Notes: generated from the sequence alone by a model not told the origin. A stretch of DNA of 64,000 nt from Oscillospiraceae bacterium (GCA_015063535.1 SVTY01000002.1:16034-80033); one strand, 5' to 3'. Positions 36,125-45,333 are shown, counted from the stretch's first letter. Numbers and translations are program-made.

Positions 36125-37165
36125 ATGAAAACCAAAAAGCTTCTCTCTTTGGCGTTGGCGCTGATCCTTGCGCTCTCCGCCGTCGCCCTCACCTCTTGCG
36201 GATCCTCCGCTCCCATGGTTCCCATCGTATGCGGCGAGACCGGCATGAACGATCTCTGCGGCATTGCGACCTACGGTGTCAACTACTACAACCTTGGTGT
36301 CAAAGCCGGTGATATGGCAGCCGATATTCTGCTGAACGAAGCCGATACCGCCACCATGAAGGTTCAGGGTGACCCCGATCCCGCTTTGAGTGTCAATACC
36401 ACCGTTGCGGAAGCCATTAATTTCACCATTCCCGAATCGGTCTCCTCTAAGGTCTCCGGCGGCGAGACCAAAAAGGTCACCCGTGTCGACGAGGCACTGG
36501 CAGCAGAAGGCGGCGACTATACCGTCGGTATCCTTCAGCTGGTTCAGCACGTAGCGCTTGATCAGTCCAACGAAGGCTTTCAGGATCAGCTCTCCAAGAG
36601 AATGAGCGAGGCTGGCAAAACAGTTACGATTTTGGACAAAAACGCCAACGGCGACGAAGCCAACAACGTCACCATCGCCGAGAACTTTGTTTCTCAGAAC
36701 GTCAACCTGATCTACACCATTGCAACCTCCTCCTCTCAGGCAGCTGCCAATGCCACCAAGGAGAGCAAGATCCCCGTGGTATTCAATGCCGTCACCGATC
36801 CTGTGGATGCGGGTCTGGTCGCTTCCTTGGATGCTCCCGGTGCAAACGTAACGGGCGTTTCCGATATGAACCCCGTTGAAAAGCAGATCGACCTGATCGG
36901 CGAGCTGTTGGGCAAGGACGATGTCAAGATCGGCTTCCTGTACACCTCCTCCGAGACCAACTCTCAGATGCAGGTGAAGCTTGGCAAGGCGCAGTGTGAT
37001 GCCAAGGGCTATACCTATGTGGAAAAGGGTATCGTGGATATGAACGATATCGAAAGTGCCCTGACCGCTTTGGCAAAGGAAGGCGTAGATGCCATCTATA
37101 TTCCCACCGATAACGTGCTGGCAAATGCCTGCGCAATGGTTCACTCTGTCAATATCGGCGAGTAA
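36125..37165 (+). CDS. ABC transporter substrate-binding lipoprotein (ABC_sub_bind / COG2984 family)
   Basis: 346 aa with lipobox 'ALTSCGS'. 'GILQLVQHVALD', 'AVTDPVDAGLV' and 'NVTGVSD' are typical of this family. Confidence 0.8.
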   Translation: MKTKKLLSLALALILALSAVALTSCGSSAPMVPIVCGETGMNDLCGIATYGVNYYNLGVKAGDMAADILLNEADTATMKVQGDPDPALSVNTTVAEAINFTIPESVSSKVSGGETKKVTRVDEALAAEGGDYTVGILQLVQHVALDQSNEGFQDQLSKRMSEAGKTVTILDKNANGDEANNVTIAENFVSQNVNLIYTIATSSSQAAANATKESKIPVVFNAVTDPVDAGLVASLDAPGANVTGVSDMNPVEKQIDLIGELLGKDDVKIGFLYTSSETNSQMQVKLGKAQCDAKGYTYVEKGIVDMNDIESALTALAKEGVDAIYIPTDNVLANACAMVHSVNIGE

Positions 37166-37292
37166 CCCGATTCAAACAACCGTATAAGACGAGGGTTGCG
37201 GAAATTCCGCAACCCTCATACAGTCATTTTCGGGCTGATTTTTGTAACAAATTCATTCGGTAACATATCATTCAGAAAGGAACCACCGTCCT

Positions 37293-38222
37293 ATGGATTT
37301 TTTGTTAAAAGGTATCTCGCAGGGCTTGATCTGGGCGCTGTTGGCGCTTGGCGTGTACCTGTCCTTCCGTATTCTTGATTTTGCTGACATGTCCTGTGAA
37401 GGAAGCTTCGCCTTGGGAGGTGCTATTACTGCAAAGCTCCTGACCGTCGGCTTGAATCCTGTTTTGGGTCTGCTGATCTCCTTCTGCGCCGGCTGTTTGG
37501 CGGGAGTCGTGACAGGAATCCTTCATACCAAGCTGAAGGTACCCGCCATTCTTGCGGGAATTTTGACTATGACTGCGCTGTTCTCTATCAATCTGCATAT
37601 CATGGGAGCCGCCAACCTTCAGTTGAACAGCATCAAAACGCTGTATTCGTCTCTGACAGGTCTGTTCAAGCTGAATAAGACCAACCTTTCTCTCATTTTG
37701 GGAGGCGTTGTCTGCCTCTTTATCATGCTCCTGTTGTACTGGTTCTTCGGAACCGAGCTGGGAGCGGGCATCCGTGCCACGGGCATCAATGAAAAAATGT
37801 GTCGGGCGCAAGGAATTGATACCGACCTGACTAAGATCATCGGCTTGGCTCTCTCCAATGGCATGATCGCCCTGTCGGGCGCTTTCCTCTGCCAGTATCA
37901 GGGCTATTCCAATATCACCATGGGCGTGGGAGCCATCGTCATCGGACTTGCCTCCATCATCATCGGAGAAGCCATCTTCTCCCGTGTCAAAAACTTCTTC
38001 CTGACCCTGACCGGCATCGTGGTCGGTGCCATTCTCTACCGTGTCGTGGTAGCGTTTGTGCTCTACCTCAATATGCCCACCGAGGATGTCAAGCTCATGA
38101 CCGCCGTTGTGGTCGTAGTCGCTCTTTGCATTTCTCATTTCGGTACGGGCTTTAAGAAGAAGAATAAACAAGAAAAGGAACTGGCAAAGAAAAAAGGAAA
38201 GGGGGATGTACAGCATGTCTGA
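37293..38222 (+). CDS. ABC transporter permease (COG4120 family)
   Basis: 309 aa, polytopic. 'ILDFADMSCEGSFALGG' motif. Confidence 0.8.
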   Translation: MDFLLKGISQGLIWALLALGVYLSFRILDFADMSCEGSFALGGAITAKLLTVGLNPVLGLLISFCAGCLAGVVTGILHTKLKVPAILAGILTMTALFSINLHIMGAANLQLNSIKTLYSSLTGLFKLNKTNLSLILGGVVCLFIMLLLYWFFGTELGAGIRATGINEKMCRAQGIDTDLTKIIGLALSNGMIALSGAFLCQYQGYSNITMGVGAIVIGLASIIIGEAIFSRVKNFFLTLTGIVVGAILYRVVVAFVLYLNMPTEDVKLMTAVVVVVALCISHFGTGFKKKNKQEKELAKKKGKGDVQHV

Positions 38223-39033
38223 ACAAGCAGGAGTCTCCATGCTCTCCCTGAAGCATGTAACCAAAGCCTTTTATCCGGGCACCGTCAATGAAAAGATCGC
38301 ACTGAATGATTTGAATCTGGAGCTGAAAGCGGGAGATTTTGTCACCATCATCGGCGGAAACGGCGCAGGAAAATCCACCATGCTCAACGCCACCGCAGGT
38401 GTTTGGCATATCGACAGCGGAAGCATCTCGGTGGACGGAGTGGATATCACCAAGCTCCCCGAGCATAAGCGTGCCGCCTATATCGGCAGAGTATTTCAGG
38501 ATCCAATGACGGGAACCGCCGCCAATATGCAAATCGAAGAAAATCTTGCTATCGCTGCCCGTCGGGGCAAGCACCGTACCCTTCGCTGGAGCATCACCGC
38601 CAAGGAGCGAGAGGAATTCAGAGAGCTTCTGAAGGTACTGGAGCTGGGTCTGGAGGATCGCATGACCGCCAAGGTCGGATTGCTGTCGGGCGGTCAGCGG
38701 CAAGCGCTGACGCTGCTGATGGCAACGCTGAAAAAGCCCAAGCTGCTGCTCCTTGACGAGCATACCGCCGCTCTTGACCCCAAAACGGCGGCAAAGGTCT
38801 TGGAAATTTCGCAAAAGCTCATCGACGAGAACCACCTGACCGCCATGATGGTCACCCATAATATGAAGGATGCCATCGCCTACGGCAACCGCCTCATCAT
38901 GATGCACGAGGGACGTGTGATCTTCGATGTCAGCGGAGAAGAGAAAAAGAACCTGACCGTCGATGCCCTTATCAAAAAATTCTCTCAAACCAGCGGCGAG
39001 GAATTTGCCAACGACCGAGCCTTGCTCAACTAA
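38215..39033 (+). CDS. ABC transporter ATP-binding protein (COG1101 family)
   Basis: Walker A 'GGNGAGKST', signature 'LSGGQRQAL' and Walker B 'LLLLDEH'. Start is 38215 or 38206. Confidence 0.85.
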   Translation: MSEQAGVSMLSLKHVTKAFYPGTVNEKIALNDLNLELKAGDFVTIIGGNGAGKSTMLNATAGVWHIDSGSISVDGVDITKLPEHKRAAYIGRVFQDPMTGTAANMQIEENLAIAARRGKHRTLRWSITAKEREEFRELLKVLELGLEDRMTAKVGLLSGGQRQALTLLMATLKKPKLLLLDEHTAALDPKTAAKVLEISQKLIDENHLTAMMVTHNMKDAIAYGNRLIMMHEGRVIFDVSGEEKKNLTVDALIKKFSQTSGEEFANDRALLN

Positions 39034-39127
39034 TAACCCTATTATAAAAACATCGTATGATAGACAGGTTCTCCTAAGGGTATGAAGTAACATCCAAAAG
39101 AAATTACCGACTGAGAGTGGTTAAATC

Positions 39128-39167
39128 AAAAAATGCAACATGGACAAAAGTCTGCGTTGCATTTTTT
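39128..39167 (+). terminator. terminator of the ABC operon / left edge of the AT-rich R-M island
   Basis: AAAAAATGCAAC, 16 nt, GTTGCATTTTTT. Confidence 0.6.
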
Positions 39168-39230
39168 ATTCCTTTACTTTTCAAAAATTACATCGCAAAA
39201 TTCTTGTTTATAAGCAGTTAATATTCCCAC

Positions 39231-39259
39231 TTGCAAGAAAGCCAAAAATATGGTATAAT
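39231..39259 (+). promoter_or_regulatory. sigma-A-type promoter of the restriction gene
   Basis: TTGCAA, 17-nt spacer, TATAAT, with a TGG extended -10. Confidence 0.55.
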
Positions 39260-39291
39260 ATATTATCTTTAGAAAAGGACGGTGTATAACT

Positions 39292-40023
39292 GTGATTGTA
39301 ACATTAAACGATTTTATAGGGGAATTTGAGAAAGTAAAGGCGATGGGCTGGATTCAAACGCACCGCATCGGTCCTACAGGTATTGGTAAAACACTTGAAG
39401 ATTTACTTGGTATCCCCGAAAACAACCTTGATGAGCCTGATTTTGGTGATTACGAATTGAAGTCGTGCAGAATTGACTCCAACAGTATGCTCACCATGTT
39501 TACACGTGCCCCCGAACCTCGCCGTGCTAATACATATTTGAGAATGAAATATGGTTATTCAAGCAATGCTTACGATAACGATGAGAAGGTGTTACATTCT
39601 ACGCTTTCTGCCGACAGATTCACACCCGTCGCCGATACAGGACATAAACTCAAAATTTCCTGTGCAGCCGATGGCATTTATATCGAATGTGAGGATGGAG
39701 TTGAGAATATATTCTGGTCGCGTGAAGCATTGAGGGCGTGCTTTGAAAAGAAATATAAGAACAAGTTTGTTTACGCAAAAGCACTATCGCGCGGAGAAGG
39801 AGCAAACGAGGAATTCAAATTTATTGAAGCTTACGAGGTTTCCGGCTTTGATTACGATGCATTTATAAGTCTGCTTGAAGAAGGAAAAATATATGTAGAT
39901 CTTCGCATAGGTCAGTATCACCACGGGCGCAACAAAGGAAAAACTCACGATCATGGCACAGGCTTCCGTATCAAAGAAAACGACCAGCATTTGCTATTTA
40001 AGGTTAAAAACAAAATAGGCTAA
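39292..40023 (+). CDS. type II restriction endonuclease, MvaI/BcnI family
   Basis: 243 aa with a GTG start. 'GPTGIGKTLEDLLGIPENNLDEPDFGDYELK' and the C-terminal 'DLRIGQYHHGRNKGKTHDHGTGFRI' closely parallel the R.MvaI sequence as I recall it. Confidence 0.8.
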   Translation: MIVTLNDFIGEFEKVKAMGWIQTHRIGPTGIGKTLEDLLGIPENNLDEPDFGDYELKSCRIDSNSMLTMFTRAPEPRRANTYLRMKYGYSSNAYDNDEKVLHSTLSADRFTPVADTGHKLKISCAADGIYIECEDGVENIFWSREALRACFEKKYKNKFVYAKALSRGEGANEEFKFIEAYEVSGFDYDAFISLLEEGKIYVDLRIGQYHHGRNKGKTHDHGTGFRIKENDQHLLFKVKNKIG

Positions 40024-40028
40024 TCGTA

Positions 40029-40058
40029 AAGGCGAGCTTGCTCATACAAGCTCGCCTT
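40029..40058. terminator. bidirectional hairpin between convergent R and M genes
   Basis: AAGGCGAGCTTG CTCATA CAAGCTCGCCTT, a perfect 12-bp stem. Confidence 0.65.
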
Positions 40059-40063
40059 AAACA

Positions 40064-42244
40064 TTACAGCTTTCTCAAAACAACGATATGTTCTACCGTC
40101 ATGGTGCTTGAAGTTTTCCCAACTTCGTTTGTAGGAGAATTTGCCGATGGCATTACTTTATTTACGATATTGCGATCTATCGTATAAACATACTGCAAAC
40201 CGTAGTTTTGAGCAATTTCTTCGATAATTTTATCGGTAGGAATAACCTCACCTTTTACAGTTCGATTGGCAACTACCCAAAATTGATAACCGTCTTTCTT
40301 GGTTTTCTCTGCAATAGCTGCTATGGATTGTTCAAGATCATTGTAAAAACTAAATACATCTCCTGCACGCTCCAAGTCTATATCCTTAATTCTGTCAAGA
40401 ATATCTCGGAGAACGGTACTTTTTACTGTATATTCAAAGCCATTACGATACTTCCGACCACCCATTAAAGTGCGATCAACACCCATAATTTCTTTTTCTG
40501 TTAGTTCGAAGATATCAAGCCACTGCATTGAGAGTCTGCTGTATTCGCCGTAAGCAACGGTTGTTCGACTATCTCCATAAGGTGGTGATGTAACGATCAG
40601 ATCATATGTATCTGTCGGAACGGATTCTAGCTTGCAGGCATCCTCTCGGAATATAGTAACCTGCGGAGCAACAGAAAGATAATCATACGCATCGGTGAAA
40701 TCGCTCATTTTATCAATATTGCGCTCTAATATCTTAATAAACTCTTGCTTTGTGTCAGGATTGAATTTGGCAACCTTTTCAGGTGTCATTCGGAACATCT
40801 TAAATTCGCCGTTTCTTCTGTTGGATACAAGTCGAATCATTTCACTCATAGCGACAGAAAAGAAATCACGAATGTCCTTGTTACTTGTTTCTGCAATAGC
40901 ATTCTTAATCAATGTCAATTCAAAAATAACTCTTGGTCTAAACCAATACCCGATATTTTTGAAGGTAGGAGCTTTTAACGGGAGCTGATATTCTTGATAA
41001 AATTCATCCAAATAAATAGGTGCATCACATCCCCACCCGTCTTTGGCGGTTAAATCCAGTCCTTTAATTTTGACCATATAGTCATCTACAAAATGAATAA
41101 GAAAATCATATTTGTGGTAGAGTGTATCAAGGCAATTTTTTAACTCAATATATTCATTTTGCAGTTCCGTACGGTCAATCGGAGTTGTCTTAACCTTGGA
41201 GAGCAGTAACGCAAGAGGATTGATGTCGTTGCCTGCGATGATAGGAATATCTGCCAACATGCCTTCCACGAGAACTGTGCCGGAGCCTGCAAACGGGTCA
41301 AATAAAGAATCAACCTGTTTGAACTGCTTAACGATATCAATAATATTCTTGCTGATAGGGCTTACCATCATTGCAGGATAAGAATGTATTCCGTGTGTAT
41401 ATCCGTGAGTGTCGTCATCTCTGAAATCCCAATAGTCAGCAGGTAATTTTTTCAGGTATTCAACTAACTGTTCGTCTGTATCAAATTGAATAATCATAGG
41501 TTCAACAATTTCTTTTTTAGGTGAAGCATCCTTCTTCACTCCTTCGTGTGTCTTAACCTCTACGGTGCAGATTGTATCATTATGCCATCCACCGTGTGGC
41601 ACCATTAATATGCGAGTAATTTCGAATCCATATTTATAGCCGATTCCGCCACTGTTCCAACCGAATGTAATAACCTTTCCGCCCACCTTAACAATTCGTG
41701 AAATCTCTCGTTTGTGATTGCCCCAAAAGGATGCCTTGGTAGTATCCCAAGTAACATTGAAGCCAACATTGTTGTAGCATTCGCTGACCTGTCTTGGAGA
41801 GTACGGAGGATCGTACAAAACACCGTCAACAGAGTCATCTCCAAACATTTTCATAAAGTCGAGAGCATCCAAATGATAGTCTGTGTCGAATTCCTCACTC
41901 AAATCGTTTGTTATGGTAGCTAACTTGTTACGGTTGGCAAAGGGATCAATCCAAGTTCCTTCCGTCATCTCCTCAACGATAAGATCGTGTATTGGTTTGA
42001 CCTCAAAGGTATTCTTGTTTGGCATAGACCATATACGCTCAATTCGAACATTCTGATTGATAAGTTTTTTCTTCTCAACTGTTTTTTTACGTGCATCCTC
42101 CGGCTTTTCCGCATCATCGGGAATAACCCAATAGTTTCCTACGCGCTGTGCACCCAAGATTCTATTTTCATTACATAAAAGCTGAACTCGGCGAGGAGCA
42201 ATCCCCCATTTCTCAGCCGTTTCTTTTACGCTAATTAAGTTCAT
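40064..42244 (-). CDS. HTH - DNA methyltransferase - DNA methyltransferase fusion (two amino-MTase modules)
   Basis: 726 aa, RBS GAGGAGG.
- aa 1-45: excisionase/MerR-like HTH ('ISVKETAEKWGIAPRRVQLLC').
- Module 1: 'IDPFANRN' then 'VLYDPPYSPRQ'.
- Module 2: 'IHSYPAMM', 'FDPFAGSGT', and about 245 aa later 'IVTSPPYGD'. Confidence 0.8.
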   Translation of the reverse strand: MNLISVKETAEKWGIAPRRVQLLCNENRILGAQRVGNYWVIPDDAEKPEDARKKTVEKKKLINQNVRIERIWSMPNKNTFEVKPIHDLIVEEMTEGTWIDPFANRNKLATITNDLSEEFDTDYHLDALDFMKMFGDDSVDGVLYDPPYSPRQVSECYNNVGFNVTWDTTKASFWGNHKREISRIVKVGGKVITFGWNSGGIGYKYGFEITRILMVPHGGWHNDTICTVEVKTHEGVKKDASPKKEIVEPMIIQFDTDEQLVEYLKKLPADYWDFRDDDTHGYTHGIHSYPAMMVSPISKNIIDIVKQFKQVDSLFDPFAGSGTVLVEGMLADIPIIAGNDINPLALLLSKVKTTPIDRTELQNEYIELKNCLDTLYHKYDFLIHFVDDYMVKIKGLDLTAKDGWGCDAPIYLDEFYQEYQLPLKAPTFKNIGYWFRPRVIFELTLIKNAIAETSNKDIRDFFSVAMSEMIRLVSNRRNGEFKMFRMTPEKVAKFNPDTKQEFIKILERNIDKMSDFTDAYDYLSVAPQVTIFREDACKLESVPTDTYDLIVTSPPYGDSRTTVAYGEYSRLSMQWLDIFELTEKEIMGVDRTLMGGRKYRNGFEYTVKSTVLRDILDRIKDIDLERAGDVFSFYNDLEQSIAAIAEKTKKDGYQFWVVANRTVKGEVIPTDKIIEEIAQNYGLQYVYTIDRNIVNKVMPSANSPTNEVGKTSSTMTVEHIVVLRKL

Positions 42245-42271
42245 AGTGCCTCCTCAAAAAATATTAATACT

Positions 42272-42300
42272 ATTATATACCGAACTGCGAATAATTGCAA
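42272..42300 (-). promoter_or_regulatory. sigma-A-type promoter of the methyltransferase gene
   Basis: On the minus strand: TTGCAA, 17-nt spacer, TATAAT, about 25 nt upstream of the ATG. Confidence 0.5.
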
Positions 42301-42566
42301 GGGGTAAATTGTGAATTTTCTATTTTGTGAGTAAGTTTTTTGTAAAATGCTGAACTTCTCAAAACTTCTGTGATTATTTTCTCCTTCTTCCCAGCAAAAT
42401 CCTTGAAATTTGTAACAAAACAGTAGATAAATCAAAACGAAAGAGAAAAGAAAGTGTGAAGAAAGTTTGAAATATATAAAAAACACAAATTTTTGAGTTT
42501 TGAGAGCAAGAAAAAAGATGATAAAATTGTGCGGTTTGTCAAGACAAACTTTTTCCGCTTTCCACC

Positions 42567-42594
42567 TTGACAATTTTCAAAATCGTGATATAAT
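42567..42594 (+). promoter_or_regulatory. sigma-A-type promoter of copA
   Basis: TTGACA, 16-nt spacer, TATAAT, with an extended -10 TGA. The palindrome TTTGTCAAGACAAA lies about 20 nt upstream. Confidence 0.6.
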
Positions 42595-42626
42595 AATAGT
42601 GAATCTAACAGAAAAAAGGAAAATCT

Positions 42627-45227
42627 ATGAAAAAACTGCGATATACCGTCAAAGGCATGAGCTGCGCCGCCTGTGTCGCCCACGTCGAGCATGCGGCGGC
42701 AAAGGTATGCCCCAAGGATGCCGTCACGGTCAGCCTTCTGACCAATTCGCTGATCGTAACGGTAGACGACAACGAGAACGAAAACCGCTTATTTACTGCC
42801 TTAAACCGTTCTTTATCGGCATCGGGCTATGGCTTGGAGCGGGCGGATACTGCCAATCAAACGGCAGAGCGGGAGAGCCGCCGCAATTGGTATCGTCTGA
42901 TCGTGTCGGGCGTTTTGACCCTTCTTCTGATGATCGTTGCCATGGGTCATATGATCGGAATTCCCTTGCCTGCTCTTCTGACCGAAAATGGCGTACTTTT
43001 TGGACTTTGTCAGCTTGCGCTGACGGTTCCCGTCATCTGTTTGAATTTTAAATTCTATCGAAACGGCTTTTTTGCTCTGTTTCACGGCGCTCCCAATATG
43101 GATTCTCTCATTGCCATCGGCTCCTCCGCCTCCCTCCTGTACGGAATCGTCGCCGTGGGAATGATGGCATACGGATACCGTGTGGGAGATCTTTCCTTGG
43201 TTCATCGCTATTATCATACCCTTTACTTCGAATCGGCGGCGATGATCCTCACCCTTGTTTCCTTGGGAAAGACCTTGGAGGGACGGGCAAAGGCGGGAGC
43301 CGCCCGTGCGATCGGACGTCTTGCCTCCATGATGCCCGAGATCGCCTTGGTAGAAGAAAACGGTACCTTCGTTGAACGCCTCCTTTCCGAGGTACAGGTG
43401 GGCGACATCCTGCTTGTCCGTGAAGGAGAAACCATCCCCGTAGACGGCATTGTCTTAGAGGGAGCGGGTGCAGTGGATGAATCCGCCCTGAGCGGTGAGA
43501 GCATGCCTGTTGAAAAGACGAACGGATCGCATGTCAGTGCCGTTTGTACCTTGACAAGCGGCAGTCTGAAGATCCGCGCCGAGCAGGTCGGAAGCAACAC
43601 TGCTCTTTCCCGTATCATCGGACTGTTGGAGGATGCGACCGCATCCAAGGCTCCGATTGCCCGCATTGCCGATAAGGTCAGCGGTATCTTTGTTCCTGTT
43701 GTGATCGCCATCTCGGTGCTGACCGCCGCTGTTTGGTTGCTCATAACGAAAGATATCACACGTGCCTTTGACTGTGCGATTTCGGTACTGGTCATTTCCT
43801 GCCCCTGCGCATTGGGACTTGCCACGCCGACAGCAGTCATGGTGGGAATCTCCCGAGGGGCTTCTCTTGGGATCCTGATCAAAAGCTCTGAGGCATTGGA
43901 GCATCTGCATTCGGTTCGGTATATTCTGACCGACAAAACGGGAACCTTGACGGAGGGAAAGCCCGCCGTGACCGATCTGATCCCGTATCACACCGACGAA
44001 AAAACGCTTTTGTATTATGCGTACGGTGCCGAATCCCTTTCCTCTCATCCCCTTGCTTCAGCGATCTGTGAAGAAGCAAAAAAGCAAAAGCTTTCCCCTC
44101 CTGCCGTCTCCGAGTATGGATCCACGATTGGAAAAGGGATCTCCGCCAAAGTGGACGGTAAGACCGTTTTGGTGGGAACCCCCGAATTTCTTGCCGAGAA
44201 GGGTGTTGATCCATCAGAGGTCTCTTTCCTTACCGAAGCTATGAAAGCCCTTGAAACGAACGGAAAAACGGCTGTGTGCGTCTGCTTGGATACGACCGTG
44301 CTTGGCATCATCGGAATTGCGGATCATTTGCGTACAGACAGTATAAAGGCATTGAATGCCATGAAAAAGCGAGGGATCAAACCCATTATGCTGACGGGAG
44401 ACAATGAACGGACAGCCGCTGCCATTGCCAAGGAGTGCGGCATTGACTATTACGCCCGTCTGTTGCCCGAGGATAAGGAAGCGATTTTGAAGAACTATGC
44501 TAAAAAAGGCTTTTGTGCTATGATCGGAGATGGGATCAACGATTCTCCCGCCTTAGCGGCGGCAGATATCGGCATTGCTATCGGCGCAGGCACCGATGTC
44601 GCCATGGATTGTGCCGATGTGGTTCTTTCCCAAAATTCTTTACAGGATGTCGTGACCGCCATTGATCTGTCTCGGGCGACCATGACCTGTATCAAGCAAA
44701 ATCTGTTTTGGGCATTGATCTACAATGCCATCTGTATTCCCATAGCGGCGGGCGTGTTGTATCCCTTTTTCGGGATCGTTCTGTCACCGATGATCGGCTC
44801 TGCCGCGATGAGTATTTCTTCGGTCTGTGTGGTTTTGAACTCTCTGCGGCTTCGCTCGGTCAATATATACGGAGACGGAAAAAAACGCCGTAAGGAACGG
44901 CAACAAAAGGAAAAAAAGGCGGAGCGTGCGAAAAAAACAGTCAAGGCTTCTGCCATCTCTTACTCTTGCGATCAAAATTCATTTCATAATTTCAATCAGG
45001 AGGAACAAGCTATGTTCGGAAAAACGAAAACCGTCACCTTCGGTGTCGAAGGGATGATGTGCAACAATTGCAAAGCGCATGTAGAACGGGCGCTGACGGA
45101 GGTCAAGGGTGTAAAATTTGTGCTAGTCGATCTGGAAGCAAAATTCGTGACGGTACAGGCAAAGGATTCTGTATCGGAAAATACCCTAAAAGACGCCGTA
45201 AAAAAAGCAGGATATAAAGTCCTTTGA
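42627..45227 (+). CDS. copA: copper-translocating P-type ATPase with N-terminal HMA domain and in-frame C-terminal CopZ-like HMA domain
   Basis: 866 aa with 'GMSCAACVAHVE', 'CPC' ('SCPCALG'), 'DKTGTLT' and 'GDGINDSPAL' motifs. After a K/R/E-rich linker comes a second 'GMMCNNCKAHVE' ferredoxin-like domain. Confidence 0.9.
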   Translation: MKKLRYTVKGMSCAACVAHVEHAAAKVCPKDAVTVSLLTNSLIVTVDDNENENRLFTALNRSLSASGYGLERADTANQTAERESRRNWYRLIVSGVLTLLLMIVAMGHMIGIPLPALLTENGVLFGLCQLALTVPVICLNFKFYRNGFFALFHGAPNMDSLIAIGSSASLLYGIVAVGMMAYGYRVGDLSLVHRYYHTLYFESAAMILTLVSLGKTLEGRAKAGAARAIGRLASMMPEIALVEENGTFVERLLSEVQVGDILLVREGETIPVDGIVLEGAGAVDESALSGESMPVEKTNGSHVSAVCTLTSGSLKIRAEQVGSNTALSRIIGLLEDATASKAPIARIADKVSGIFVPVVIAISVLTAAVWLLITKDITRAFDCAISVLVISCPCALGLATPTAVMVGISRGASLGILIKSSEALEHLHSVRYILTDKTGTLTEGKPAVTDLIPYHTDEKTLLYYAYGAESLSSHPLASAICEEAKKQKLSPPAVSEYGSTIGKGISAKVDGKTVLVGTPEFLAEKGVDPSEVSFLTEAMKALETNGKTAVCVCLDTTVLGIIGIADHLRTDSIKALNAMKKRGIKPIMLTGDNERTAAAIAKECGIDYYARLLPEDKEAILKNYAKKGFCAMIGDGINDSPALAAADIGIAIGAGTDVAMDCADVVLSQNSLQDVVTAIDLSRATMTCIKQNLFWALIYNAICIPIAAGVLYPFFGIVLSPMIGSAAMSISSVCVVLNSLRLRSVNIYGDGKKRRKERQQKEKKAERAKKTVKASAISYSCDQNSFHNFNQEEQAMFGKTKTVTFGVEGMMCNNCKAHVERALTEVKGVKFVLVDLEAKFVTVQAKDSVSENTLKDAVKKAGYKVL

Positions 45228-45233
45228 CATAGT

Positions 45234-45262
45234 AAAAAAGCTCGCTTCGACGGGCTTTTTTT
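45234..45262 (+). terminator. intrinsic terminator of copA
   Basis: AAAAAAGCTCG CTTCGA CGGGCTTTTTTT. Confidence 0.65.
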
Positions 45263-45277
45263 ATTGTTCCGCTTATA

Positions 45278-45305
45278 TATAATATAGTAATTATAATATA
45301 GTAAT
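45278..45305 (+). repeat. perfect 14-bp tandem duplication TATAATATAGTAAT x2
   Basis: Two abutting copies inside a ~50-bp almost pure A/T tract about 30 bp upstream of the dnaA -35. Confidence 0.85.
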
Positions 45306-45333
45306 ATTATTTGAAGAAAATCTGAAAAATCCA

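Noticed and set aside
42241-42573. 110-aa minus-strand ORF whose stop overlaps the methyltransferase ATG (ATGA). It was considered as a coupled controller or small membrane protein of the R-M system.
   Set aside because: The only start is a TTG located inside the copA promoter, and there is no internal Met or SD. The open frame is explained by the strongly T-rich, A-poor minus strand. A second overlapping ORF in another frame (42432..42692) shows the same artefact. This should be revisited if ribosome profiling is available.
39034-42626. Search for integrase, transposase or flanking direct repeats that would mark the R-M island as a mobile element.
   Set aside because: No such gene or convincing direct repeat was visible by eye. 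The island is flagged only on composition and gene content.
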